NCBI GenBank assembly: GCA_030583825.1
Contig: CP129477.1
Location: 622,491 to 686,490, forward strand
Source: Candidatus Dojkabacteria bacterium
Lineage (GTDB): Bacteria > Patescibacteriota > Dojkabacteria > GCA-002793355
Length of the DNA stretch: 64,000 bases
Direction: 5' to 3'
The position numbers and the translations under genes are program-made. Below are positions 36,687 through 46,826 of this stretch, one piece after another (the first letter of the stretch is position 1; each line of letters begins with the position of its first letter). The notes under the pieces were generated by a model. It had not been told where the DNA came from and did no database searches. It worked only from the letters and a program-made list of their open reading frames with translations.

Positions 36687-38039
36687 TTAATAGATCAAAA
36701 AGTGGTCGAATGTTCCAAAGAGGAGAAATATTCCTAAAAGTACTGCTAAGAAAAGCGTGAGGTTTTTATTTTCTGCATGCTCGGCAAAATTGCGAGAAAA
36801 CCATCGTGCGATGAGGATAAAAATACTAGTACAGCCAATTATTCCTAGCTCATTGTGTAAAAGTGTCCCAAAGTGGTGTGGTACATCAAACAAAAATGAA
36901 TTTTCAAGCAGAAGCGAGAACGGTAAAGTGTCATACTGCTGGAAAAGTAATGGAATAGAGCCTAAAAACCCCGTTCCAAATACCCAAATGTGAGGAAACT
37001 GAACCATAAATCGAACATAGGCATCCTGAAGCATTGCTCTTGACTCAAGAAAGTAGGGGAGTGGTACTGCTTCGTGGGGCAAAAAGGCAATCATAATTCC
37101 GGAGAGAACATAGAAAAGCAATAGTGCGACAGTAAGAATAAGAGGTTTTTTTAGCCAATTTGCCTTTTGCAAGTATCTAAAAGAGAGCTTCTGCAGCAAA
37201 AAGATAGCAATAACTATTAAAAAAGCCATAATTCCCGTTCGAGAAAGTGTTCCAACAACAATAAACCCGCTCAATAAGGTAATTACGATCTTTTGTAACC
37301 GTGACGTACTTAAAAATAGTCCTATACCTGCAAAAAAGGTCATAATCGCGGCAAGAATATTTGGGTGAGGAGTAGTGCCGTATACGCGAGGGAAAATATG
37401 AATTCCAACATAAGTGAAGCTTTCAAATCGGGGAGGCTGTCCAAATGCTGTAAGAAACGACGAAAAAGCTGGCCCTTGCTCAATAAGTTGTGCCGATGCA
37501 ACTGCTACTTGAAAGAGTAGGCTACTCACTATTATCGGAATAAGGATTCTTTGTGTGCTTTTTTCTTGTAGAATATGTGTTAGCGCAATGCCCATTGCTG
37601 CCCAAAAAACCAAGAATTCAAATAAGTTCCATGTGCTTGCGAGGTGTAACTTTGCAGAAAGGATTCCCTGTGACTGAGCAATAAGCATATTGTAAATAAG
37701 CAATGCGACGATAATCCCAAAGCCAACAATGGGTGCTTTTAAATTCTTTTCACTAACCTTTTTATATGCCCACAACCCAATAACAATACAAGCAACAATA
37801 AAATGGAGAGTCAGCCTAATCTGGAAGTAGTTAATATATCTGCCCTGATACCAACTTTGTTCATCAAAGAGTATATTTCCTGTAAAAATTGGCAATATAC
37901 CAATAAAGAGAGCACAGGTAATTTGAAAAACCTTGTTCAAACGAGAGAGAGAAAGAGTATTCGAGAGAAAATGTTTAGCTTTGTGCATTGTTTGGGTGAA
38001 TGACAACTCGGCGGTCTTCACCTTCGCCAATGCTTTCAC
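36687..38039 (-). CDS. Polytopic membrane protein, O-antigen ligase/polymerase-like (Wzy_C-type); 5' end overlaps khpB, so the true start may be the internal Met near 37988
   Basis: About 12 predicted TM helices with a large loop; the family call is tentative. Confidence 0.45.
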   Translation of the reverse strand: MKALAKVKTAELSFTQTMHKAKHFLSNTLSLSRLNKVFQITCALFIGILPIFTGNILFDEQSWYQGRYINYFQIRLTLHFIVACIVIGLWAYKKVSEKNLKAPIVGFGIIVALLIYNMLIAQSQGILSAKLHLASTWNLFEFLVFWAAMGIALTHILQEKSTQRILIPIIVSSLLFQVAVASAQLIEQGPAFSSFLTAFGQPPRFESFTYVGIHIFPRVYGTTPHPNILAAIMTFFAGIGLFLSTSRLQKIVITLLSGFIVVGTLSRTGIMAFLIVIAIFLLQKLSFRYLQKANWLKKPLILTVALLLFYVLSGIMIAFLPHEAVPLPYFLESRAMLQDAYVRFMVQFPHIWVFGTGFLGSIPLLFQQYDTLPFSLLLENSFLFDVPHHFGTLLHNELGIIGCTSIFILIARWFSRNFAEHAENKNLTLFLAVLLGIFLLFGTFDHFLIY

Positions 38040-38466
38040 TCCTCACATCTGTGTGCTTTGAAATTTCCATGTGAACCAGTCGTCGCATTCGTGGTGACAT
38101 TGGACGAAATTCGTATGGTTCCTGCAATAATCGCACATCTGAAATTGCTTCTTCTACCTGGCGGAGAACTTTGTCATTCTGTCGTGAGTAATAATCTCCA
38201 ACATCCAGTGAGAGCATAATTTTCTTTCCTGAGTCTTTTCCAAGAAGCTTTTTTGCATGAAGCAAGACAATATGATGCAATGCTGAGATATTTCTTCCAT
38301 GGTAACCAATGAGAAGATCGGCATTCTCTCCTGAAATCGCGACATCAATATCAAGTGTTTCTTCATCATTGACAGTCACTTTTGCTGTTGAGTCGGCACT
38401 TCCGATATGTGAGAGCAATGTTGTTAAGAACTCGCTCATATTTTTTTCTAATGCTTCTGGTGTCAT
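37975..38466 (-). CDS. khpB: Jag/KhpB-type RNA-binding protein (KH + R3H domains)
   Basis: KH-like LLIGYHGRNISALHHIV and R3H-like YEFRPMSPRMRRLVHMEISKHTDVRSESIGEGEDRRVVIH. Confidence 0.7.
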   Translation of the reverse strand: MTPEALEKNMSEFLTTLLSHIGSADSTAKVTVNDEETLDIDVAISGENADLLIGYHGRNISALHHIVLLHAKKLLGKDSGKKIMLSLDVGDYYSRQNDKVLRQVEEAISDVRLLQEPYEFRPMSPRMRRLVHMEISKHTDVRSESIGEGEDRRVVIHPNNAQS

Positions 38467-38596
38467 ACTGCCCGTATTATAAGCTCAGAATTGTGACTTG
38501 TAAAGAATTCCCGTATTAAGGGCATAAAGCTCTTTATAATTACACATGAGTAGTGAAGGGTTTTTAGAAACTCGAACGAGATAGTATAATCCCTGT

Positions 38597-39388
38597 ATGA
38601 ACAAATATATTTTTATTCTCATTGGTGTTGTTGCTATTGGTGCAACGGCATTACTCGTATGGCGCAGTATGACTGCAAGCATTCCAGAAGGTCAGATTGA
38701 AATAACTCCTACTCCAACAGTTACCCCAACTCCTCAAGTAAGCATTTCAGCAACTCCATCAGGCTCGGTAACCCCATCAGTTACCTCAACGCCAACTCCT
38801 ACGCCGACGGTAACAAGTAGCTCGTCTACAAACTTTGAAGATAATTTGAACGCAAGCTGGGTATATGGACAGAGTCAGCAAACAGTATCGGGAAAAGTGT
38901 ATTTTATTGATAATGCAAACAAAAAGCTCTTAAAACGTGGTGATGCAGCAAACGCAGTGAATGCGGAAACAGTCTTCACCAGTGATTCCGGAAATGTCGG
39001 ATCCTTTAATGTGATTGGCTCATCAATCATTATTGCAGTACTTCGTGACGCTTCAACAAACGAATCAAAGCTTGTTCGTCACTATCCATCAAGTGGTCAA
39101 ACATCCTTATTGTATAAATATTCTTCAAATAAGGTCGAAATTGCCAACTTTCTGATTCAGAAAGATACTACTGCAGAGTTTTATCTTGGACTTACCGGGG
39201 TTGATAAAAAGTTCCAACCAATGGCGATGTATGTAAAACAGTATAGCCAAGTATGGGTTCAGACACTCGAAGGATCAAAGAAAGAAGACTCAATTACTGC
39301 AATGGGAAGAACTCAGGACGGAAAAACTCTTCGTTTAAAGTTAGTGTCCACATCTGAGAACATTATTAACTTCACCATTCCTGAATAA
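38597..39388 (+). CDS. Secreted or anchored hypothetical protein with a PT-rich linker
   Basis: N-terminal TM/signal (YIFILIGVVAIGATALLVW), then TPTPTVTPTPQ...TSTPTPTPTV, then a globular domain. Confidence 0.6.
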   Translation: MNKYIFILIGVVAIGATALLVWRSMTASIPEGQIEITPTPTVTPTPQVSISATPSGSVTPSVTSTPTPTPTVTSSSSTNFEDNLNASWVYGQSQQTVSGKVYFIDNANKKLLKRGDAANAVNAETVFTSDSGNVGSFNVIGSSIIIAVLRDASTNESKLVRHYPSSGQTSLLYKYSSNKVEIANFLIQKDTTAEFYLGLTGVDKKFQPMAMYVKQYSQVWVQTLEGSKKEDSITAMGRTQDGKTLRLKLVSTSENIINFTIPE

Positions 39389-40854
39389 TGATAAAAGAAC
39401 TGTCTCTTTTTAATACTCTCGGCAAAAAGAAAATGCCGTTTGTTCCAATAAATAAAGAGAAAGTAACCTTTTATTCATGTGGGCCAACAGTGTATGACTA
39501 CGCGCATATCGGTAACTTACGATATTTCACATTTGTAGATACATTGCGCCGTACTTTAGAATTCCTGGGCTACAATGTCGAGCATGTCATGAATATTACC
39601 GATGTAGGCCACCTTTCCGATGATGGAGACCTCGGCGAAGACAAAATGCTCCGCGGAGTTGAGCGTGAAAAAAAGAAACAGGGGAAAGAATTCACAGTAT
39701 GGGATCTCGCCCAATTTTACACAGATGCATTTATCGCAGATTCGCAAAAAATGAACTTTCTGCCGCCGCATCAACTAACGAAAGCAACACAGCATATTCA
39801 AGGAATGATTGACCTTATCCAGTCGCTTGTTGATCAAGGATATGCGTATAAAACGTCTAAAGCAGTATATTTTGATGTGACAAAGTTTGCTGATTACACG
39901 AAATTATCCGGCCAAAAGCTTGATGAAAAGCATGTCGGTGTCCGCGATGAAGTCGTTGTTGATGAAGAAAAGCACCATCCGGCAGACTTTCGCTTGTGGC
40001 AGCTTGATCAGCCTGACCATGCAATGCAGTGGGATTCACCGTGGGGAAAAGGGTTTCCGGGTTGGCACATTGAATGTTCTGCAATGGCGATGGAGTATCT
40101 TGGCGAAACATTAGATATTCATACTGGTGGAATTGATCATATTCCAGTGCACCACACAAATGAAATTGCCCAAAGTGAGGCCTCAACCGGCAAACAATTC
40201 GCAAACTACTGGCTTCACTCAGATTTTTTGCGTGTTGACGACGAAAAAATGGCAAAAAGTAAAGGAAATGCCTACAATTTATCTGATATTATGGCAAAAG
40301 GCTTTTCTGCGCTTGCATTACGCTTCTTTTATTTGAGTGCGCATTATAGAACTACGCTCAACTTTACCTGGGAAGCACTTGAAGGAGCACAATCTGCATA
40401 TGAAAATCTCTGGACGCAAGTAATGACGGCGCGAACACTTGTTGCGAAGACCAGTTATTCAGGGCAGAAAGCAGAAATAATAGACGAGGCTCGCCTTACT
40501 GAATACGTTCACAAATTTACAGACGCAATGCTTGACGATCTCAATACACCGCTTGCAATAGCGGTATTATGGGAAGTTATTAAGTCAGAGAGCACCCCAG
40601 CAACAAAGATAGCTTTTTTTGAAAAAGTTGAGTCTGTTATGGGATTATCGTTATTGTCAGCACCTACCCTGTATGATGATTCGTTTTTAGACAAAGCAAC
40701 GCAAACCGAAGTAATTGAAATGGTCATACAGCGCGATGAAGCAAAGGCCCAAAAAGACTATGAACTTTCGGATACTTTGAGAGAAAGTATCACAAAAAAG
40801 GGATTTATTGCGATTGATACTGTTGCCGGCACAATTGCCATTCCTTCTTTTTAG
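39388..40854 (+). CDS. cysS: Cysteine--tRNA ligase
   Basis: FYSCGPTVYDYAHIGNLRYF (HIGH region) and KMAKSKGN (KMSKS), with Cys-binding residues; its ATG overlaps the stop of the upstream gene. Confidence 0.9.
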   Translation: MIKELSLFNTLGKKKMPFVPINKEKVTFYSCGPTVYDYAHIGNLRYFTFVDTLRRTLEFLGYNVEHVMNITDVGHLSDDGDLGEDKMLRGVEREKKKQGKEFTVWDLAQFYTDAFIADSQKMNFLPPHQLTKATQHIQGMIDLIQSLVDQGYAYKTSKAVYFDVTKFADYTKLSGQKLDEKHVGVRDEVVVDEEKHHPADFRLWQLDQPDHAMQWDSPWGKGFPGWHIECSAMAMEYLGETLDIHTGGIDHIPVHHTNEIAQSEASTGKQFANYWLHSDFLRVDDEKMAKSKGNAYNLSDIMAKGFSALALRFFYLSAHYRTTLNFTWEALEGAQSAYENLWTQVMTARTLVAKTSYSGQKAEIIDEARLTEYVHKFTDAMLDDLNTPLAIAVLWEVIKSESTPATKIAFFEKVESVMGLSLLSAPTLYDDSFLDKATQTEVIEMVIQRDEAKAQKDYELSDTLRESITKKGFIAIDTVAGTIAIPSF

Positions 40855-40977
40855 TAGTGCTTATAGTAATTGAAAACTAAAGAGTGCCCCCAATTTGTGG
40901 GACATCCTATAGATATTGCGTGAGCTTGGTTCAGATGGTATAATCCATTTAAAAAACCAAACAAGGAGATTTTTTCC

Positions 40978-42168
40978 ATGGCAAAAGTAAGTACGGCGAA
41001 AGCTAAGAAAGCCGTGAAAGCGGACGTTCCAGCTATGTCGCCATTTGAGTCACAGATCGAACAGTCTTTGAGGACTTATAACCCATTAAAAGCAGGGGGA
41101 ATTGTTGAAGGAACAGTTATCAACAAAGAACCAGGTCTTTTGGTGGTTGACGTCGGAGGACGAAGCGAAGGTGTCATTAACGGTCGTGAACTTAAGAGCA
41201 AGGTCATTAACATCGAGGAAATTAAAATCGGTGACAAGATTCTTGTCTATGTTGTTTACCCGGAAAGTAAAGACGGTAGTCTTGTACTGTCACTTAAGCG
41301 AACCGAAGAAGTCAAAATCTGGCTTGATCTCGAAAAAGCATCCCGTAACGGTGATGTGCTTGATGCAACTGTTGTTGAAGTCAACACCGGTGGTGTCATT
41401 TGTGAACTTTTTGAAGGAGTTCGCGGTTTCATTCCAACCTCACAGCTTGATCCAAATCGAATCTTCGAAAGCGGAAAAAAGATGTATGGAAAGGATGTCA
41501 CTTCTGTTATTCAGCAGCGTTTGACTCAGCTTCTTGGCGAGCAAATTAAAGTCAAGATTATTGAGTTGGAGCGTGAAAGAAGCAGAATTATTCTTTCAGA
41601 AAAGTCTGTCACATTTGATACAGAGTCAGCAAGCAAAGAGAAGCTTCTCAAGAAGATAAAGGAAGGCGATATTCTCGATGGTAAAGTTACAGCAGTCACA
41701 CCATTCGGTATTTTCGTTAATACTCAAGGTCTTGAAGGTCTTGTTCACTTGTCTGAACTTTCATGGGACAAAGTTACTGACGTTGGTAAGCTTTACCAGG
41801 TTGGTGATGATGTTCAGGTTATGGTGCTCGAAATTAAGGAAGGGGGACGACGTATTGCATACAGCATTAAGCGACTTGTTAATGATCCGTGGCGTTCACG
41901 AATCAAGAAATATCAGGTTGGTGATGTTGTTGACGGCGTTGTTGAAGGTGTTGTTGAATATGGTGCATTCGTTAGAATTGACGAAGGTATCAACGGTTTA
42001 ATCCACATTTCAGAACTTTCTGATAAACTCGTGCGCAATCCTGCAGATATTGTGTCAGCAGGACAGAAGGTAAGCGTGATGATTCTCTCGATTTCCGAGA
42101 CAGAGCGTCACTTAAGCCTCAGCCTCAAGAGAGTGAAAGGCAACAAAAAATCTGACGATGAAGAATAA
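40978..42168 (+). CDS. rpsA: 30S ribosomal protein S1 (four S1 domains)
   Basis: Repeated S1 OB-folds (GTVINKEPGLLVVDVGG..., GKVTAVTPFGIFVNTQGLEGLVHLSEL..., GVVEGVVEYGAFVRIDEGINGLIHISEL...). The upstream promoter carries TGGTATAAT. Confidence 0.85.
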   Translation: MAKVSTAKAKKAVKADVPAMSPFESQIEQSLRTYNPLKAGGIVEGTVINKEPGLLVVDVGGRSEGVINGRELKSKVINIEEIKIGDKILVYVVYPESKDGSLVLSLKRTEEVKIWLDLEKASRNGDVLDATVVEVNTGGVICELFEGVRGFIPTSQLDPNRIFESGKKMYGKDVTSVIQQRLTQLLGEQIKVKIIELERERSRIILSEKSVTFDTESASKEKLLKKIKEGDILDGKVTAVTPFGIFVNTQGLEGLVHLSELSWDKVTDVGKLYQVGDDVQVMVLEIKEGGRRIAYSIKRLVNDPWRSRIKKYQVGDVVDGVVEGVVEYGAFVRIDEGINGLIHISELSDKLVRNPADIVSAGQKVSVMILSISETERHLSLSLKRVKGNKKSDDEE

Positions 42169-42192
42169 TTAACCATTCTTTTTCTGATGAAG

Positions 42193-42226
42193 AACACCCC
42201 GGGTAATACCGGGGTGTTTTGTTTTT
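42193..42226 (+). terminator. Intrinsic terminator after rpsA
   Basis: AACACCCCGG-GTAATA-CCGGGGTGTT hairpin followed by TTGTTTTTT. Confidence 0.75.
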
Positions 42227-42293
42227 TACGGCATAATGGCTGTTTTTATATTGCAATATAGACATTTAGCAATCAGATGCTATAATTGCTACT

Positions 42294-44864
42294 ATGAAAA
42301 GACAAGCACGCAAAGAATTTCTTGATATGCCTGTTTCCAGGTTCTCAGATCCTCTCTATTTTGCTCTGAAGAATGCCGAAAAAGCAGCAAAAATCTCGGG
42401 TGAAATAGAAATTACTCCGAAATTATTATTCGTAGGATTACTTCTTGATAAAGACTCACTCGCATTTTTCCTTTTAGACAAATTGAATATTGACTCGTCT
42501 GATGCAATTAAAAAGTTAACTGGCTATTCTGAGCAGAGAATTCTTGCAATCTCTGAGCGAAGCAAAAAAGCAAAAGTAACACTTTCAGTAGATGCAAAGC
42601 GACTCATTCTTGATGCAATGCGAATTGCACGCGAAGGAAAAGGATATTACGTTGGTACAGAGCATATTTTGCTTGCACTCCTTAAAAATCCTGAAAAAGA
42701 CCTCGCATTTCTTGCGGATATATCAGGTGTAGTTCAAGGAATGCCTAACTTTACGGGAGAAGTCCTGCGTGCAACTGTTTCTCCATTTGAAATGCTAAAG
42801 CAGGTTGAGACTGTGTTGCAGTCGCCGGCAAAGCCATTACCTCAGGCAGCACAGGAAGGCGTTGAAGGAGTATTGGCAATGTTTACTGAAATAATGACAG
42901 CAAAAAATCGCAGATTCCGCAGTACAGTGACCAAAAACGCAAGAAAAGATTACACAGATAAAATTTTTGGAAGCTTTTTACGTCAGACATATAAGAATGT
43001 ATTGCTTGTTGGCGCAAGCGGTATTGGAAAGTCTGCAGTTGTCGAAGAGCTCGCTCATCGCCTTATTACTGGTGATGCTCCATTGTCACTTCGTGAAAAA
43101 CAGCTACTAAAGATCAATATTCCAGCAATGATTGCAATGGCAAAGTTCCCCAATGAGCTCGATAAACAAGTATTAAACATTCTTAACGAGGCATATGGAG
43201 ATGATAGTGCGGTATTGTTCTTTGACGATATTCACACACTTATTGGAAGCCAAATGCGTGGTGGAATGAACATGGCAATGAGTATGAAACCGTTCTTAGA
43301 ATCAGGAGAAGTTAACATTATTGCAACGATGCCTGACGACGAATATCGTGCTCTTTCAGACTCTCAGCGAGGGTTTTTCCGTTATTTTACAGTAATCGAA
43401 ATGACTGAACCTTCTGAAGATGAGGCAGTTGCGATGATCAAAGATGAAGTAAAAGAACTCGAAAAGAAACATAAAGTAAAAATTGACGAAAACGCAGTTA
43501 AAGCAGCAGTATCTCTTGCAGATAGCTACTTGAACGAAAGAGTATTGCCCGATAAAGCTGTTGAATTACTCGACATTGCCGCAAGTAAGTATCACTTTGG
43601 TCATGAATACTCGTTAAAAAGTCTTGGAAAACTCATCGCAGAAGAAAACGAAATGAGAGAAACCAAAGAGCGTCTTATTGGAATGGGTGACTACGATGCA
43701 GCAGATGCCCTCCGCAAACGCGAGAAATTAATCCAAAAACGAATAAAAGAAGAGAGAAAGGCTATTGGGGTGAAAAAGACTCTTCCGCGCGTAAAAGAGC
43801 AGGATATTAAGAATCTGATTGCAGAGCTAACCAAATTGCCTGTTGCAACAATTACAAACAACGAAATGTCGGCGCTTGTAACACTTGAGGCATCTATTCG
43901 TTCAAAGATTATTTCCCAGGAAGACGCAATTAAGCGCGTTGTCAGTGCAGTAAAGCGTGGAAGAATTGGAATTTCAGATAAAAATCGTCCATGGGCAAGC
44001 TTGTTATTCTTAGGCCCGACCGGCGTAGGAAAAACAGAGTTAGCAAAAGTGTTGTCTCGATTGCTATTTGGTGATAACGAAGAACGCTTGATTCAGATTG
44101 ACATGAGTGAATTCATGGAACAGCACAGTGTTTCTAAGCTTATCGGCTCCCCTCCGGGGTATGTTGGTTTTGAACAGGGTGGCATGCTTAGCGAAAAGAT
44201 TATGGATAATCCGTATAGCGTGGTACTTTTCGATGAAATCGAAAAAGCTCATCCAGAAGTATTAAACATTCTTCTTCAGATTCTTGAAGATGGCCATTTG
44301 ACCGATTCACGAGGAAACAGAGTGAGTTTTCAGAACACAATCGTTATTTTGACCTCAAATATTGGTGCAGAAAAGATTGCAGAAGACAAAGTTCTCGGTT
44401 TTTATCGCGAAAGAACTAATGAAACCATGCCAACTCAGGATTATGAAGCAGTGAAAGACAGGCTTATGAAGGAGTTAAAGAAGCGATTGCGTCCGGAATT
44501 GATTAATCGTCTCGACGATGTTGTTATCTTTAAGTCGCTTACCAAAGATGATGCCTCTAAAGTGCTTGAAATTCTTGTTGCAGACCTCGCAAAGCGTATT
44601 GAACATTTGAAACTCTCTCTTCAGCTTGGTGAAAAGGCAAAGAAACAGCTTTTGCACGACGGATTCAGCAATGAATACGGTGCACGTCAGTTGCGAAGAA
44701 TGCTTCAACACGAAATTGAAGACTTAATTGCTGACCATGTGCTTGAAAAAGGCCTTCTTGATGCGCAGGAAGATACAAAGAAGCAAGAGGCGTTAGCGAT
44801 TGACTATGATAGCAGGAAAAAGCTGTACCAGATTATGGAAAGAGCTGCTGCAAAGAAAAAGTAG
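42294..44864 (+). CDS. Clp/Hsp100-family AAA+ ATPase (ClpC/ClpB-like) with two nucleotide-binding domains
   Basis: N-terminal Clp_N repeats; D1 Walker A GASGIGKSAVVEELAHRL; D2 Walker A FLGPTGVGKTELAKVLS; sensor-2 GARQLRR; 856 aa. The putative -10 GCTATAAT lies 7 nt before the ATG, suggesting a leaderless transcript. Confidence 0.8.
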   Translation: MKRQARKEFLDMPVSRFSDPLYFALKNAEKAAKISGEIEITPKLLFVGLLLDKDSLAFFLLDKLNIDSSDAIKKLTGYSEQRILAISERSKKAKVTLSVDAKRLILDAMRIAREGKGYYVGTEHILLALLKNPEKDLAFLADISGVVQGMPNFTGEVLRATVSPFEMLKQVETVLQSPAKPLPQAAQEGVEGVLAMFTEIMTAKNRRFRSTVTKNARKDYTDKIFGSFLRQTYKNVLLVGASGIGKSAVVEELAHRLITGDAPLSLREKQLLKINIPAMIAMAKFPNELDKQVLNILNEAYGDDSAVLFFDDIHTLIGSQMRGGMNMAMSMKPFLESGEVNIIATMPDDEYRALSDSQRGFFRYFTVIEMTEPSEDEAVAMIKDEVKELEKKHKVKIDENAVKAAVSLADSYLNERVLPDKAVELLDIAASKYHFGHEYSLKSLGKLIAEENEMRETKERLIGMGDYDAADALRKREKLIQKRIKEERKAIGVKKTLPRVKEQDIKNLIAELTKLPVATITNNEMSALVTLEASIRSKIISQEDAIKRVVSAVKRGRIGISDKNRPWASLLFLGPTGVGKTELAKVLSRLLFGDNEERLIQIDMSEFMEQHSVSKLIGSPPGYVGFEQGGMLSEKIMDNPYSVVLFDEIEKAHPEVLNILLQILEDGHLTDSRGNRVSFQNTIVILTSNIGAEKIAEDKVLGFYRERTNETMPTQDYEAVKDRLMKELKKRLRPELINRLDDVVIFKSLTKDDASKVLEILVADLAKRIEHLKLSLQLGEKAKKQLLHDGFSNEYGARQLRRMLQHEIEDLIADHVLEKGLLDAQEDTKKQEALAIDYDSRKKLYQIMERAAAKKK

Positions 44865-44926
44865 CATGATAACTCCCAATATATTGGATCTATCGTAAAA
44901 TCATATTTCTCGCGATATAATTGTGT

Positions 44927-46240
44927 ATGTACGTATGCCGAAACTGCGGATATGCCGCAGCAAAATGGAGTGGAAAATGTCCAAACTGTGGAGAGTGGGG
45001 AACACTTGACGAGTCAAATATGCCTGTAAAAAAGAAAGCAGGGAAAGTATTACAGCCGGTATATGGCGCGGATCTCGTAAAAGCAGCAACGATTCCTGAA
45101 TCAAAGCTGGAAAAACTCTCAACTGGTTTTACTGAAATAGACCGAATTTTAGGTGGTGGAATTGCACGAGGAGCTGTTACTCTTGTTGGTGGTGATCCTG
45201 GTATTGGGAAATCCACGTTATTATTACAGGTTCTCGCGTATATTGCATCGGAAGGGCATACTGTAGCGTATATCTCTGGTGAAGAATCACTTGCACAGCT
45301 TTCCTCACGACTAAAGCGATTACTCTCTAAAATCCCTGATACTTTGCTTATGGGAACAGATACCGATCTTGAATCAGTGGTAGGAAGCCTTTCTCGTCAA
45401 AAGCTCGACTTTGTTGTTATTGACTCAATCCATTCTCTCACAGATGCAAATACAGAAGGAACATATGGAGGAATTAGCCAATTGAAAATGGTTACAAGTT
45501 CTCTTACGCAATGGGCAAAAAAGAACGATACAGGTATGTTTCTCGTTGGCCAAGTAACAAAAGAAGGGTATGTCGCCGGCCCAAAGAATGTAGAGCATAT
45601 TGTTGATACCGTTATGTATATTGAGCGCCTTGGCGACGAAAATATTCGTTTAGTCCGCACAGTAAAAAACAGGTTTGGGGAAGTCGGGGAGGTCGGATTT
45701 TTGAAAATGGCAGGCAAGGGATTGGAAGATAAAACTGATTTCAGTCGAATGCTTGTGGAAGAAAGCGCTGTGTCGCTTCCTGGTGGAGCTTTGGGGATTA
45801 CATTACAAGGAAGTCGTCCAATTATGGTGCATTTACAAGTCCTTACTAATGACACAATGTTTGCAGTTCCACGACGGGTTGTAGACGGAATCTCGAAAAA
45901 TAAAGTTGAAGTACTTGCTGCTGTGATTGCAAAAAAGCTTCCAAAGCTTTATTTAGACAAAAAAGATATATTTATTAAGGCAAATGGAGGAATTTCACTG
46001 AAAGATCCTGGCATTGACCTAGCAATCATCGGTGCAATTCTTTCGTCTGTGTTGAATGTATCATTTGAAACAACAGTTTTTATTGGGGAAGTAGGTCTTC
46101 AAGGTGAAATTAAGGCATGCGCGGGATTCGATGCTCGCCTAAAAGAAGCAAAGAAGCTTGGATTTACAAATATCGTTACTTATAAAACCGTTTCTCATAT
46201 CTCAGAGATTCTGGAATTCTTAAAGAAGAAAGTTTCATAG
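44927..46240 (+). CDS. radA: DNA repair protein RadA/Sms
   Basis: Zn finger CRNCGYAAAKWSGKCPNCGEWG, RecA-like Walker A GGDPGIGKSTLLLQV, KNRFG motif and a C-terminal Lon-protease-like domain. Confidence 0.9.
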   Translation: MYVCRNCGYAAAKWSGKCPNCGEWGTLDESNMPVKKKAGKVLQPVYGADLVKAATIPESKLEKLSTGFTEIDRILGGGIARGAVTLVGGDPGIGKSTLLLQVLAYIASEGHTVAYISGEESLAQLSSRLKRLLSKIPDTLLMGTDTDLESVVGSLSRQKLDFVVIDSIHSLTDANTEGTYGGISQLKMVTSSLTQWAKKNDTGMFLVGQVTKEGYVAGPKNVEHIVDTVMYIERLGDENIRLVRTVKNRFGEVGEVGFLKMAGKGLEDKTDFSRMLVEESAVSLPGGALGITLQGSRPIMVHLQVLTNDTMFAVPRRVVDGISKNKVEVLAAVIAKKLPKLYLDKKDIFIKANGGISLKDPGIDLAIIGAILSSVLNVSFETTVFIGEVGLQGEIKACAGFDARLKEAKKLGFTNIVTYKTVSHISEILEFLKKKVS

Positions 46241-46385
46241 CGGAACCATTCTGTCGCATACCGTATTATCGCTGTTTTAATGCTATGTTCCACGAATCGT
46301 GTCCTTCTGGTGGTTTCGACTCACAAATATTTCTCATAGACCACAAGGTTACGTTAAAGGTCTTTTTCCCGATAGATACAGGCAG

Positions 46386-46415
46386 TTGACATTATTCTGA
46401 ATATTTAGTTATAAT
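46386..46415 (+). promoter_or_regulatory. Consensus sigma-70-type promoter P1 (TTGACA, 18-nt spacer, TATAAT)
   Basis: TTGACA at 46386-46391 and TATAAT at 46410-46415. Confidence 0.6.
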
Positions 46416-46457
46416 ACTACAGGTTTGATAGAAAGAAACTATAAACCAAAGCAACTA

Positions 46458-46486
46458 TTGACAATCATAGTCTGAGTAGGTATAAT
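46458..46486 (+). promoter_or_regulatory. Consensus sigma-70-type promoter P2 (TTGACA, 17-nt spacer, TATAAT)
   Basis: TTGACA at 46458-46463 and TATAAT at 46481-46486; both hexamers perfect with optimal spacing. Confidence 0.65.
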
Positions 46487-46632
46487 ACTCTTACAATCGC
46501 AGACTTTTCCCTGGGTTTGGAACTATCTGAGCCCAAGGAAAAGCTCTGTGAGAGATTTAGAAAGACATTAGAAACCTGATGTTTTACTAAAGGGATCGGT
46601 CTGGGGCAGTGCCGATCCCCTCTCCGTTTTTT
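46487..46632 (+). ncRNA. Putative ~140-nt small RNA (or structured rho leader segment) bounded by P2 and a terminator-like hairpin plus T-run
   Basis: No ORF. The segment ends with GGGATCGG...CCGATCCC...TTTTTT at 46592-46632 and is followed by a separate rho promoter-like TTGCAT-16-TACAAT. Confidence 0.35.
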
Positions 46633-46826
46633 AAACAAAAACAATCACACTTTAATAACAATCAAACGTTGGAAACTTCATACTTGCATTTTTCCTCAAA
46701 ATATTTACAATGAAATAACTATCCCCGTCGTGGATATATTCAACCTCACAAATTCACATTTAATTATGTCGAAACCAAATCAACCGCAATGCGCGGAAGA
46801 GAAATTAAGTTAATGTCCTTTTATTC

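Noticed and set aside
46487-46632. Assignment of the rho-upstream RNA to a known family (6S, SRP 4.5S, tmRNA, RNase P)
   Set aside because: None of the diagnostic conserved motifs of those RNAs (SRP domain IV GGAAGCAGCC-like, tmRNA tRNA-like end, RNase P P4) are visible by eye, and the length is wrong for tmRNA and RNase P. Left as an unclassified putative sRNA.
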